Assembly: GCA_020353515.1 (NCBI GenBank)
Contig: CP070695.1
Span: 3,108,943 to 3,161,431 of the forward strand
Direction: 5' to 3'
Source: Candidatus Heimdallarchaeota archaeon
GTDB taxonomy: Archaea > Asgardarchaeota > Heimdallarchaeia > Hodarchaeales > Hodarchaeaceae
Length of the DNA stretch: 52,489 nt
In this document: positions 10,286 to 19,500 of the stretch, one piece after another
Layout of the letters: every line of letters starts with the position of its first letter
How positions within the stretch are numbered: position 1 is the first letter of the stretch
Notes under the pieces: model-generated
Seen by the model: only the letters and a program-made list of their open reading frames with translations
The model's database searches: none
What the model was told of the DNA's origin: nothing
Made by a program: the position numbers and the translations under genes

Positions 10286-11230
10286 GTGGTATTAAAAGAA
10301 ATCTTATCGCGACATTTTTCTAAAGACCATCTTATTGCTATAGCTCAAGCCTTTTTTGTCACGATTCTCTGGTCTTCCTCCTGGGTGATCATTAAATTTG
10401 GACTTGAGGAGATGCCTCCGTTAATTTTTGCAGGATTAAGGTATCTCCTGGGAGCAGTAGTTTTGTTTGTGTTAATTTTTTCCAATAAGGAAAATCGGAA
10501 GTCACTAACAACTCAAACAAAGCATTGGTGGGTTTTAATTGGACTATATGGCTGTATATTTATTACCGTTACACAGGGAGGCCAATTCATTGCGCTAAAT
10601 CTTCTTCCAGCCATTACTGTTTCGTTTGCTTTGAATCTTACACCAATTGTTGTGATTTTTCTTTCTATTGGAATATTAAAAGAGGTTCCATCTTCAATGC
10701 AGATATTTCTCTTTTTGATAACAGTCATTGGGGTAGTGTTCTACTTTTTTCCCATCAACCTTACAATTGAGCTCCTTGGAATCTTAGTTCTCTGTTTATT
10801 AATATCAGCTAATGCTTTCTCTTCAATCTTAGGAAGGGCTATCAATCGAACTGAAACAGCTTCACCGCTTATTGTGGCTGGGGTAAGTATGGCGATTGGT
10901 TCAATCATTATGTTAATATGTGGAATCGCCATTGATGGGATTCAAATAATTTTTTCTTTATCAACTCTCTCCATTCTCTATATTATCTGGCTTGCCGTAG
11001 TTAACACTGCTCTTGCTTTTACTATTTGGAATAAGGCCATGCAGAGACTTAGGGCAATGGATATGACAATTATCAATAGCACAATGCTTCCCCAGATTGT
11101 CATTCTCTCAATCATTTTCTTGGGGGAAATGCCTATTCTAAAAGAATGGATCGGATTATTCTTGATTGTTATCAGTACCCTATTAATTCAACTTAGCCAA
11201 GCGAGGAAAAATTCCAACCTGTCTTCATAA
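10286..11230 (+). CDS. EamA/DMT family transporter
   Basis: About 10 TM helices, LWSSSWVIIKFGL..MPP...AGLRY, FTIWNKAM, FLGE. Confidence 0.92.
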   Translation: MVLKEILSRHFSKDHLIAIAQAFFVTILWSSSWVIIKFGLEEMPPLIFAGLRYLLGAVVLFVLIFSNKENRKSLTTQTKHWWVLIGLYGCIFITVTQGGQFIALNLLPAITVSFALNLTPIVVIFLSIGILKEVPSSMQIFLFLITVIGVVFYFFPINLTIELLGILVLCLLISANAFSSILGRAINRTETASPLIVAGVSMAIGSIIMLICGIAIDGIQIIFSLSTLSILYIIWLAVVNTALAFTIWNKAMQRLRAMDMTIINSTMLPQIVILSIIFLGEMPILKEWIGLFLIVISTLLIQLSQARKNSNLSS

Positions 11231-11238
11231 AAAATCAT

Positions 11239-12168
11239 CTAGTTTACTCCATCAGACCTCGGTAGAGGAGTGATTTCTCGGCGTAAGATTATGAGTGCTG
11301 CTAAGATGCCAAGTAAACCAATGATTTTAAATAACGATTGAAAAAGAAATTGGTCTCCAATCAAAGGAATGAGGTTCTCATAAAAAACAAAATAAGCCCC
11401 AATGAAAGAGATAATAACTGACAGTGCATTAGTTATCGGTGAAACAATTGATAATCTCCCTCGTTCAAAAGCAAGCATTTGTGCAATAATTGCGAAAAAA
11501 TATGTTAGTATTAACATGCAAACTGAGTATAGGAAGAGCCCTAATATTATCGAATCCCCAGTATTCATTTGGTTTAATGCAATCAGAAGACTTTTTGTGA
11601 ACAGGGTTCCTAATCCATAAAAAGTTCCAGCAAAAATAGGAAAAACGAATTCTGCATGACCTCGCTTGGATACAAACATAATAAAGACCATTGTAACCAT
11701 TAAGACGATAGTCAGAGGTAGGATGCCCAATAAAAGAGGAATATTCATGATATCTTCTGAAACTATGTTTGGAGAAAAAGCAACGAAAAGGAGGCCAGCT
11801 GTCAGGATCCCAATACCGAACCATTCTATTCTGGTTAACTTTTCATTAAACACTAAATAAGCAAGTCCAAATGTAAATAACAAATTTGTATTAACTAAAG
11901 GTTTAACAACAGATACATCATAAGTATTTAGAGCTATGGTATATATTACAAATCCAATAATTGCAGCAATTCCACCCAACATCCAAACAGGTGTAGTTAT
12001 TAAACGCCAAGCTGCTGGGCCAATATCACGAATAAAATTATTAATTTCAATGCCTCCTGCCCTGAAAATTCCAATCTTAAGGATAATGGCTGACCCTCCG
12101 CTCATCACTCCATAAATAATCATTATGAACAAAATAACAATATTACTTGTTAAGAGTGACATTTTCAC
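11239..12168 (-). CDS. DMT superfamily transporter, 9 TM, NIPA (Mg2+ transporter)-like
   Basis: 9 hydrophobic segments; DVSVVKPL, VFNEKL...EWFG, SIVSPI, VFYE. Confidence 0.75.
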   Translation of the reverse strand: MKMSLLTSNIVILFIMIIYGVMSGGSAIILKIGIFRAGGIEINNFIRDIGPAAWRLITTPVWMLGGIAAIIGFVIYTIALNTYDVSVVKPLVNTNLLFTFGLAYLVFNEKLTRIEWFGIGILTAGLLFVAFSPNIVSEDIMNIPLLLGILPLTIVLMVTMVFIMFVSKRGHAEFVFPIFAGTFYGLGTLFTKSLLIALNQMNTGDSIILGLFLYSVCMLILTYFFAIIAQMLAFERGRLSIVSPITNALSVIISFIGAYFVFYENLIPLIGDQFLFQSLFKIIGLLGILAALIILRREITPLPRSDGVN

Positions 12169-12221
12169 GTCTTCCTGCTTCTACATGATTCTAATAAAGT
12201 ACTTCAACCTGATCTTAAGTC

Positions 12222-13097
12222 TTATGTGAATAACCAGAGGGTTAACACCATTATTATCATTCCTGCAATAATCCCAAGTGAAATCAGATGGGACTCGTCT
12301 GCGTTTTTAGCAGCGGGTAATAACTCGTCAAAAGAGATGAAGACCATAATTCCTGCAACAAAAGCTAGCGATGCTCCAACAACAGCTGGAGATAAGAATG
12401 GAAACAATAGAATAGCAGCTACAAAAGCACCCACGGGCTCTGCAAGACCAGAGAGTAATCCTAATCGAAAAGCATACCACTTGTCACCAGTTGCTGTTAC
12501 TATGGGTATACTGACAGAAAGGCCTTCAGGGATATTATGAAGACCTACAGCAATAGTAAGGACAATACCAAGCTCTACAGATTGTAGAGTACTTGTAAAT
12601 GTAACCAATCCTTCAGGAAAGTTATGTACGGCTATACCTAATGCGGATAATATCCCGATTTTATGAATCTCTCCTTTAGAGATAGAGAGCTTATCATTTT
12701 CGAATGGTAAATCATAAGAATGGGTATGGCTGCTGTCTTCTTCTTTATAGAAATGTGGGATGAGAAAATCAATCGCAAAAATAGTAAAAATTCCTACAAA
12801 AAACCAAATATTTGCCCAAAGAAACGCATCGCTTTCTATTAATCCTTCGTTGGAGAACTCATCAATAGCACTAGGTAGTAGTTCAACAAATGAAACAGCT
12901 AACATCACTCCACCAGAGAAACCCAACCCTAAAGCGAGAAGACGAATAGAAGGTTTTTTAGTTATAAAAGCAAATGCCGCGCCAATTGTGGTAGCAAAAC
13001 CTGCAAAACTCGTGAGAATTAGAGCTATTACTAATGTATCAAAGGTTATAACTGTTTCTTGAAAGATCATTGGCATAAACCAGAAACTTTTTAGCAA
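12222..13097 (-). CDS. zupT: Zinc transporter ZupT (ZIP family); true start may be one of the downstream Mets
   Basis: GFSGGVMLAVSFVELLP, HNFPEG, HNIPEG, SGLAEPVGA, GIMVFISFDELLP. Confidence 0.93.
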   Translation of the reverse strand: MLKSFWFMPMIFQETVITFDTLVIALILTSFAGFATTIGAAFAFITKKPSIRLLALGLGFSGGVMLAVSFVELLPSAIDEFSNEGLIESDAFLWANIWFFVGIFTIFAIDFLIPHFYKEEDSSHTHSYDLPFENDKLSISKGEIHKIGILSALGIAVHNFPEGLVTFTSTLQSVELGIVLTIAVGLHNIPEGLSVSIPIVTATGDKWYAFRLGLLSGLAEPVGAFVAAILLFPFLSPAVVGASLAFVAGIMVFISFDELLPAAKNADESHLISLGIIAGMIIMVLTLWLFT

Positions 13098-13101
13098 TTA
13101 T

Positions 13102-14304
13102 TTAGCGAATATAGCCACCTGAAGTTTGGCACATAACTTTTTTCAGTCCAGAGTTTTCCAAAGTGGTCTTCACTTGTAACATTTCGTCATAAGTTGGACG
13201 ATGAAGAGTCTGAGCCCTAAATTCTGGACGATAATCTAGAACTGTTACTTGTAATGTTGGATCCCATTTAGCAAGTTTAAATCCGATTTCACTGATTTCA
13301 TCTAGACTCATAAAGGTTCTATTAAATGGTATTCCTACCCCCATAAAGACTCTATCATAATACTCGTCCAATATATACTTAACAGCATCCCAACTAGTTT
13401 TCAAGTATTTTTTAGCGAGAGGTGGCGATTTTTGACATATAATGTTCATAAATGTTTTCAATTGTAAACCTTTCAAGTCTGGTCCTATATCTGTCATTCC
13501 AGCTTCAACTAATTCGTCAATGTAGTCGGTAGTAAGAATGGCAGCATTTGTGTCAATATGAATTCGAGCATCGCTATCGGGATTGAGTTTTTTCAGGTAT
13601 TCAACAAATTTAATAAGCCATTTCCGATTTAAAGTTGATTCTCCACCACTAATAGCCATACGATCGACTTGACAGTGTTTTCTCTCAATGGTAAGTCTGG
13701 ATGCAGCTTCATTTGGATTGAGGGGTTTCATATGAGACATATAGGTTACTCGCCAATTTTGGCAAGTAGAACACCGATAGAGGCAACCTGAAGCAAAACA
13801 GGCAACCTCTAGATAGCCCAAAGGACTTCGGGAACTTAGATTCTTAGGGGTTCCCACTCCACCAACATGGTGACCCTGAAACCCAGAAACAATACGTTTG
13901 GGAATTTGAGTCTCAACTTGAGTATTTATAACCATCCCCTCACGGATTGGTGTGTTACAAGATGGCCTCAACTCACCATCAATTTGAACTGCACATGAAT
14001 AACATCCTCCTGTTCGACAAGGAGCAAAAATCGAATCTTTTTCTGGAAAAGATGTAATTTGATAGCCAAATGACTCTAATACTTGGAGTACACTCTGATG
14101 ACTCTGAACATCTATGTATTGTCCATTAATTGTACATCCAACATTTATAGCCTCCCTTCCATTTTCAATAAGCTTTCTCGCAGAGTATGGACATGCATCA
14201 ACACAAGAACCACAAGCTATACAGGTTTCTTCGCCAGAGCATGCAATAGCCACTTTACAATAGTTGCAATTTTTACAAAGACTCTTATCAACAATTACCC
14301 TCAA
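13102..14304 (-). CDS. Radical SAM protein with N-terminal 2x[4Fe-4S] ferredoxin and [2Fe-2S] domains (PFL-activase-related)
   Basis: CKNCNYC...C...CIACGSCVDACP; CRTGGCYSC...PSC; radical SAM CLYRCSTC; ISGGEST. Confidence 0.9.
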   Translation of the reverse strand: MRVIVDKSLCKNCNYCKVAIACSGEETCIACGSCVDACPYSARKLIENGREAINVGCTINGQYIDVQSHQSVLQVLESFGYQITSFPEKDSIFAPCRTGGCYSCAVQIDGELRPSCNTPIREGMVINTQVETQIPKRIVSGFQGHHVGGVGTPKNLSSRSPLGYLEVACFASGCLYRCSTCQNWRVTYMSHMKPLNPNEAASRLTIERKHCQVDRMAISGGESTLNRKWLIKFVEYLKKLNPDSDARIHIDTNAAILTTDYIDELVEAGMTDIGPDLKGLQLKTFMNIICQKSPPLAKKYLKTSWDAVKYILDEYYDRVFMGVGIPFNRTFMSLDEISEIGFKLAKWDPTLQVTVLDYRPEFRAQTLHRPTYDEMLQVKTTLENSGLKKVMCQTSGGYIR

Positions 14305-14339
14305 AGGAATAATCCTCTTAGCCTATTTACACTAGAATC

Positions 14340-14768
14340 TCAAGCCTCTAGTCTTTTTCTTTTCGAATAATATCTAACATCATCCCATAATTCATACCCA
14401 ACCTTCTCAAAAAGTGATATACTTGCATTATTATCATCAAATATTAGTGCAGAGCATACTTCAATACCTTCATTTTGGAATAACTGATTTTCTGCTACTT
14501 CAAGCAGTTCCTGTGCAATTCCTTTTTGACGATGATCTGGATGCACAGCCAAACGGTTGATCCACCCCTTTCGTCCATCATGGGAAACCATAATAACCCC
14601 TAGAAGGTCATCCTCATATAATTTCCCCAAAAAAAAGATATTTTTCCTTTTAATTTGCAAACGGATTCTATCAGGATGATCTCTTCCGTCTGGTCTACAT
14701 GATAATCCTACCATCTCCCATAATGCTTGAATCTTTGGATAGTCTTTGAATCCCAACTCCTTGATCAC
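14340..14768 (-). CDS. GNAT N-acetyltransferase; start probably GTG 14768 overlapping the btpA stop (GTGA)
   Basis: GWINRLAVHPDHRQKGIAQELL, N..SISLFEKVGY. Confidence 0.9.
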   Translation of the reverse strand: MIKELGFKDYPKIQALWEMVGLSCRPDGRDHPDRIRLQIKRKNIFFLGKLYEDDLLGVIMVSHDGRKGWINRLAVHPDHRQKGIAQELLEVAENQLFQNEGIEVCSALIFDDNNASISLFEKVGYELWDDVRYYSKRKRLEA

Positions 14769-15589
14769 AGCTTGTCCCCTTTCTCTGATTGTCGGTGATG
14801 TTTCCATTCTTGCGCTAGTGCTTTGGCTTTTCCCATATCAATAGGAGAAGAAATATCTGTAACCTTAATCGAAGAACCAACAATTGCTCCAGAAATATAA
14901 GGAAAAATATCTGGTAGGTTTTTTATCGTCAATCCACTTCCTAATATTGGCTTAATCTTAGTAGAATGGACAAAATTCTTCAATTTATTTTTATCAATAA
15001 GTCTTCCAGTTGCCCTACCAGATAAAATAATTGCAGTTGCTCCCTCACGATTTATCACGTTCGCTGCAGACTCTTCCATCGAAAAATCCCCCAAAGGGGT
15101 AGCATGTTTTACATGAATATCCGCTAAGATTTTTACGTTAGATTTAATTTCTCTCATTTTTTGTTGAACTTCAGCTGCTACAGATTCAATAATCCCTTGA
15201 TCCGTTACATAAGCTCCTTCATAAATATTACAACGAATGAAACTTCCTCGATTAATTGTGGCAAGTATGAAGGCTTGAACACACGCGTTTCTAAGAATAT
15301 TAACACCACAAGGAATACCCACTTGTGAAACGATTTTCTCGACGATGGAACTAAAAAGAAGAAATTTAAAGTCATCTAGCCGATATTTAGTATAAGGAGT
15401 ATCATGAAAGTTTTCGATCAATACAGCATCGAATCCTGCAGTTTCTAATGTGATAGCGTCTTGTAAACTAGTCTTACTGATATTTTCAAGAGATTGTGCT
15501 GTATGTAAGGATACATCAAGAGGAGGAAGATGAACCATCCCTATTAGAGGTTTCTTTGAAAGATCTAGAGAATTTTTTGGTTGAAACAA
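14765..15589 (-). CDS. btpA: BtpA/SgcQ family protein
   Basis: IGMVHLPPL, IENFHDTPY, GVNILRN, TDQGIIE, ADIHVKHA, AIVGSSIK. Confidence 0.9.
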   Translation of the reverse strand: MFQPKNSLDLSKKPLIGMVHLPPLDVSLHTAQSLENISKTSLQDAITLETAGFDAVLIENFHDTPYTKYRLDDFKFLLFSSIVEKIVSQVGIPCGVNILRNACVQAFILATINRGSFIRCNIYEGAYVTDQGIIESVAAEVQQKMREIKSNVKILADIHVKHATPLGDFSMEESAANVINREGATAIILSGRATGRLIDKNKLKNFVHSTKIKPILGSGLTIKNLPDIFPYISGAIVGSSIKVTDISSPIDMGKAKALAQEWKHHRQSEKGDKL

Positions 15590-15808
15590 TGAAAAAAAAT
15601 CACCATTCTTCTTAAATTTACTTTGATCAGCTTAAGAGATCATTAACCAATAGACCTAGTTAAAGATGTTCGTCAACTATGAATATCGTTAAGAGAGTAA
15701 TAAAAGGACATCCAATATTACCAAAACAGAAAGAAAACAGTCGTTGTATGTCATAAAAAGATTTAGCAAATCTTTTTGAGTTTTTAACATAAGATAGTGG
15801 TTTTTAAA

Positions 15809-16111
15809 ATGCTGGAAATTCATCTCTATGGTATTTTTAGGAAAAAATTTAAACCACAAGCTTCTTTTGCAGAAGATACGGTGATAACTCTGCCTAATAA
15901 AAAAAATGAACAATTCCGAGATTTCCTTGGCCGTTTAGGATTAAATATCAAAGAATGTGGAGATTGCTTCATTAATGGAAAACTAGCGTATCAAGACACT
16001 ATCATCCCAAAGAACGCCCGAATTGGGCTTTTCCCCTTTGGTATGCATCTTCTTGATGGTGGACAACATATTAAAGGACATGGATATGTGACAACAAATC
16101 CTTATGAATAG
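15809..16111 (+). CDS. MoaD/ThiS-like beta-grasp (ubiquitin-fold) protein with internal GG and 15-aa C-terminal extension
   Basis: IHLYG.FR, LGL, FINGK, RIGLFP...LLDGG followed by QHIKGHGYVTTNPYE; ATG 15809 (alternative GTG 15797). Confidence 0.7.
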   Translation: MLEIHLYGIFRKKFKPQASFAEDTVITLPNKKNEQFRDFLGRLGLNIKECGDCFINGKLAYQDTIIPKNARIGLFPFGMHLLDGGQHIKGHGYVTTNPYE

Positions 16112-16176
16112 CTTTAGGCTGGATATTATCAAAATAAGAATAAATTGTTATTTATCTTAAATATAAGCTCTTTTTC

Positions 16177-16497
16177 TTACTCTCCTCTCTTAGAAATTTT
16201 TTGAAGAAATTCAATTTTCCTTATTCCAACTTTTTTTCGAACTGCTGACAACATTTTTTTTGTCCAGATCATCCGTGGGTTCTTAGAACATGGTTGTTTG
16301 TACACTTTATCAATCTTGAATGACGCATCTTGACCCTCTTCATCCATATTCCAAAATGCTGCTAGTAATTCCGTGAGATCCCAAGCTTCTGCTGCAGTTG
16401 GTGCTGATACAAAGGCGCAACTATTTACTATTTTATCATCTAGAGCAATTGTAAATTTTGCACAGAAGATTTTATCAATTACTCTACTTTTTGACAT
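16177..16497 (-). CDS. Hypothetical protein, probably co-transcribed with the giant surface protein
   Basis: 106-aa ORF starting 10 bp after the giant gene stop, purine-rich SD (AAGGA) upstream; no recognised family. Confidence 0.65.
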   Translation of the reverse strand: MSKSRVIDKIFCAKFTIALDDKIVNSCAFVSAPTAAEAWDLTELLAAFWNMDEEGQDASFKIDKVYKQPCSKNPRMIWTKKMLSAVRKKVGIRKIEFLQKISKRGE

Positions 16498-16507
16498 TTT
16501 CTATTCC

Positions 16508-19500
16508 TTATTCTCCAGATTCCTGCGTGAGGAGTTCTGTTGTCCCGTATATATCTTCATACGAAATAATTATTGCTGAAACATATTTTCTTAATTCAGA
16601 TACTCTTCTACGAATTTCATTCTTATTTGAAGGATCTTTGTCCATAAGTAAATGGAGAGCGTGAACTTCTCTTTGAATTTCGTCCTGAAATTGATTTACT
16701 AGTGGAAATAGATCTTTATGAACTAAAATATTGCAGGTGAGATTTTCTTGCCCGCCTCTGGCTTCTGGCCTTTCTAATGAATAACCAAATGACATTACGC
16801 TAGTACGAAGACCCTGCGCCAAAACAAAATCATAACTAGATGGGATTTCACTAACGAAATCATCACTAAATCCAGTTCCACTGAAGGAACGGTCTGAGAG
16901 GTCAACCAGCTTCGAAAAGTTATCTTTAAGGATCTCAGGGATTACAATAATCGGAATCGGTCCATGTCTCTGATCAAAGAAGCTGACTATCACTCCAATG
17001 GTATGAGCGTCAAGAGAAGCCATAACTTGAACATCAGGGACATCAGAAAGGTTTTTGAGTACCAGGTCTTTGTCTAAACCAACAAGTTCAGGTTTTCGAA
17101 TGAATTTAACATAAACAATAGATCCAATGAAAATAACAAATATAACAAGACCAGCAAGAAGTAAAACCCATTCAGGAAGTCCAGGAGGCTGATAATTAAA
17201 CCGTTGATTTCGAATTATCTCTGGGAAGTCTCGAACGTCATAGGCAAAATGACTATTCCCATCAACGTCTTCTGTATAAATCCGATAAATGATATCTGTA
17301 TTAGAATTATTGTGAAAGAAAGGTACAACCACAGTATAATTAGAAACGTCACTGTTACTATCCTGATATATCATTTGAGCTTCAAGCCAATTTGGCTCTA
17401 TCTGCAGAAATTCAGCTCCTACTCCTCCATTTGAATCGTTTGCTGGTTTGAAATAGTAGTAAAGTATGACTTCCTTAATTCCAGATCCATAATCTACTAC
17501 TTCAGCGAAGAAAATCAGATTTGTGGGATTAATTTCATCATCTTTTATGAAATAAGCAGTAATGATGCGGGGTGGAGCCTTATCTTCTAGTGTAAAGGTG
17601 AATGTGTAGGTTGATCGAATGTAATAAATTCGGGAATAATTTACTTGTGTAACCACAGTCACATTGACTAACACAAAGGTATCAAGATAGGAATAATTGG
17701 ATAATTCAAATGGATAAACCCAAATACTGGTTAAGTCTGTTAATGGAGATGTTTGGATGAAAGAAGCGAGTTCTTCATCGGTTGAATTAATGTATAATAA
17801 GTATTCGACTTGGGTGATTCTATTATTTAGCGAGTCAGTGACATTGACTTCTAAATCAAACAATCCTTCTGCATCAGAGAGAGGAATTGCACTGAAATCA
17901 TGAATTTGTGGCCGACTTTCGATATAGATCACTGGGGAGGTTTTATTAACTCCAAATTCAACCCCATCATGAGGCCAGATTACATAATTCCAAAAATCGC
18001 CAGGTTGAAGAGAATTGGCAGTAATTATTGTTTGATTGTCATAACTGGGATTGTATACACCATTAAGGTACCATCTTATTGTAAGTCTAGGTTCATCACC
18101 ATCAGCATCTGAATAAAGGTATAAACTTGTTATTTGTATCACTTCATCTTCAACGATATACTCAGGATGGATCGAAGTGTGAATGGTAACTGTTGGTCTG
18201 GTGTTGAGAATAAAAACAACGGATGAAAATACTGTTTCACTCCACAACCCACCAGTATCTTTAACTGCAATAGCTACTTGCCAGCCTTGTTCTTTAGTCA
18301 CATAGCTAACAGGTATTAACGATTGATTATTGAATTGGGTTTGAATCTCACCATCCAAATACCAAATGATTGACCACGAATTTTGACCATCAATTGAGTC
18401 AATATCTTCAAACTCCCATGTAACTTCCAGAGTATCAGTAGTGTAAATTTGTGAGCCATTATTGACCAGAATATTCATAACTGTTGGCGCTGAATTTATG
18501 ATCGTAATTGTATTTGATTGATAACGGGTTGAATAATCATACCCATCAGTAACATTTATTGTAAAGAACCACCTTTCCCCACGATTGGTCATACTTGCAG
18601 GAACACTAGTGAAACTACCAACGTATTCTCCATTTCTATACCATTCGATCATAGCTGCTTGTACATTCTGGAGATCCCCATCTGGATCAGTGAAATTCCA
18701 AGTTGCAACAAGATCTGATGTAGTATAGGGAGAAAGAGGGAGCAAGACCACATCAGAAGTTGAAGGGGGAGTGTTTTGGATGGTGATGGTTGGTAATTGA
18801 TACCAAATACTATATGCCTCTCCATCCCATACACTGATGTTGACATACCAAGTTTCTGATTTATTGGTTACCTGGGAGGGGATAATTTGATAGTTAATAT
18901 ATTGGGGAAGGGGGGTACCATTACGATACCAATAGATTAAGGGAGCAGCTTCAACATCATCAGTGTCATAATCATAAAACGTGTACTGGAATGAAAGTGA
19001 ATTTGTTGTGAAATAAGTAGATTTAGTCCATTGAAGATTTAGTATCAAAGGAGCTGTGTTACCAATAGTAATCTTAGTTGAGTTAACTGATACTCCATAA
19101 TCACCGTAAAAGTCTCTAGGTTGAATTGAAGCCCACCAGATGTCTCCCTCTTTTGTGTTCATATAGGTAACAACTGTTTTATCATTCAATGCAGAGATTA
19201 AAGTTGTTACTCCAGACCGGTTTCGATACCATTGATATTTTGATCCCACAACATATCCATCAATGACAACAATGTCATAAGCTACAATTCCTTGAGTTCC
19301 ATCGATATCAGAAGCATTATACCTCAAAACAAGATCAAAATTTGTACCAAATGAGCCTCCATAATAAGTTGTCCCATTAAACAGGCCATCAATAGCTGTC
19401 TCAACGGAAACAACCACAGGAGGGGTATTACCAATAATAATACTAATACCATAATATTTGCTAATAATTAACTCACCATATTCGTCCCCATCATGTGGTT

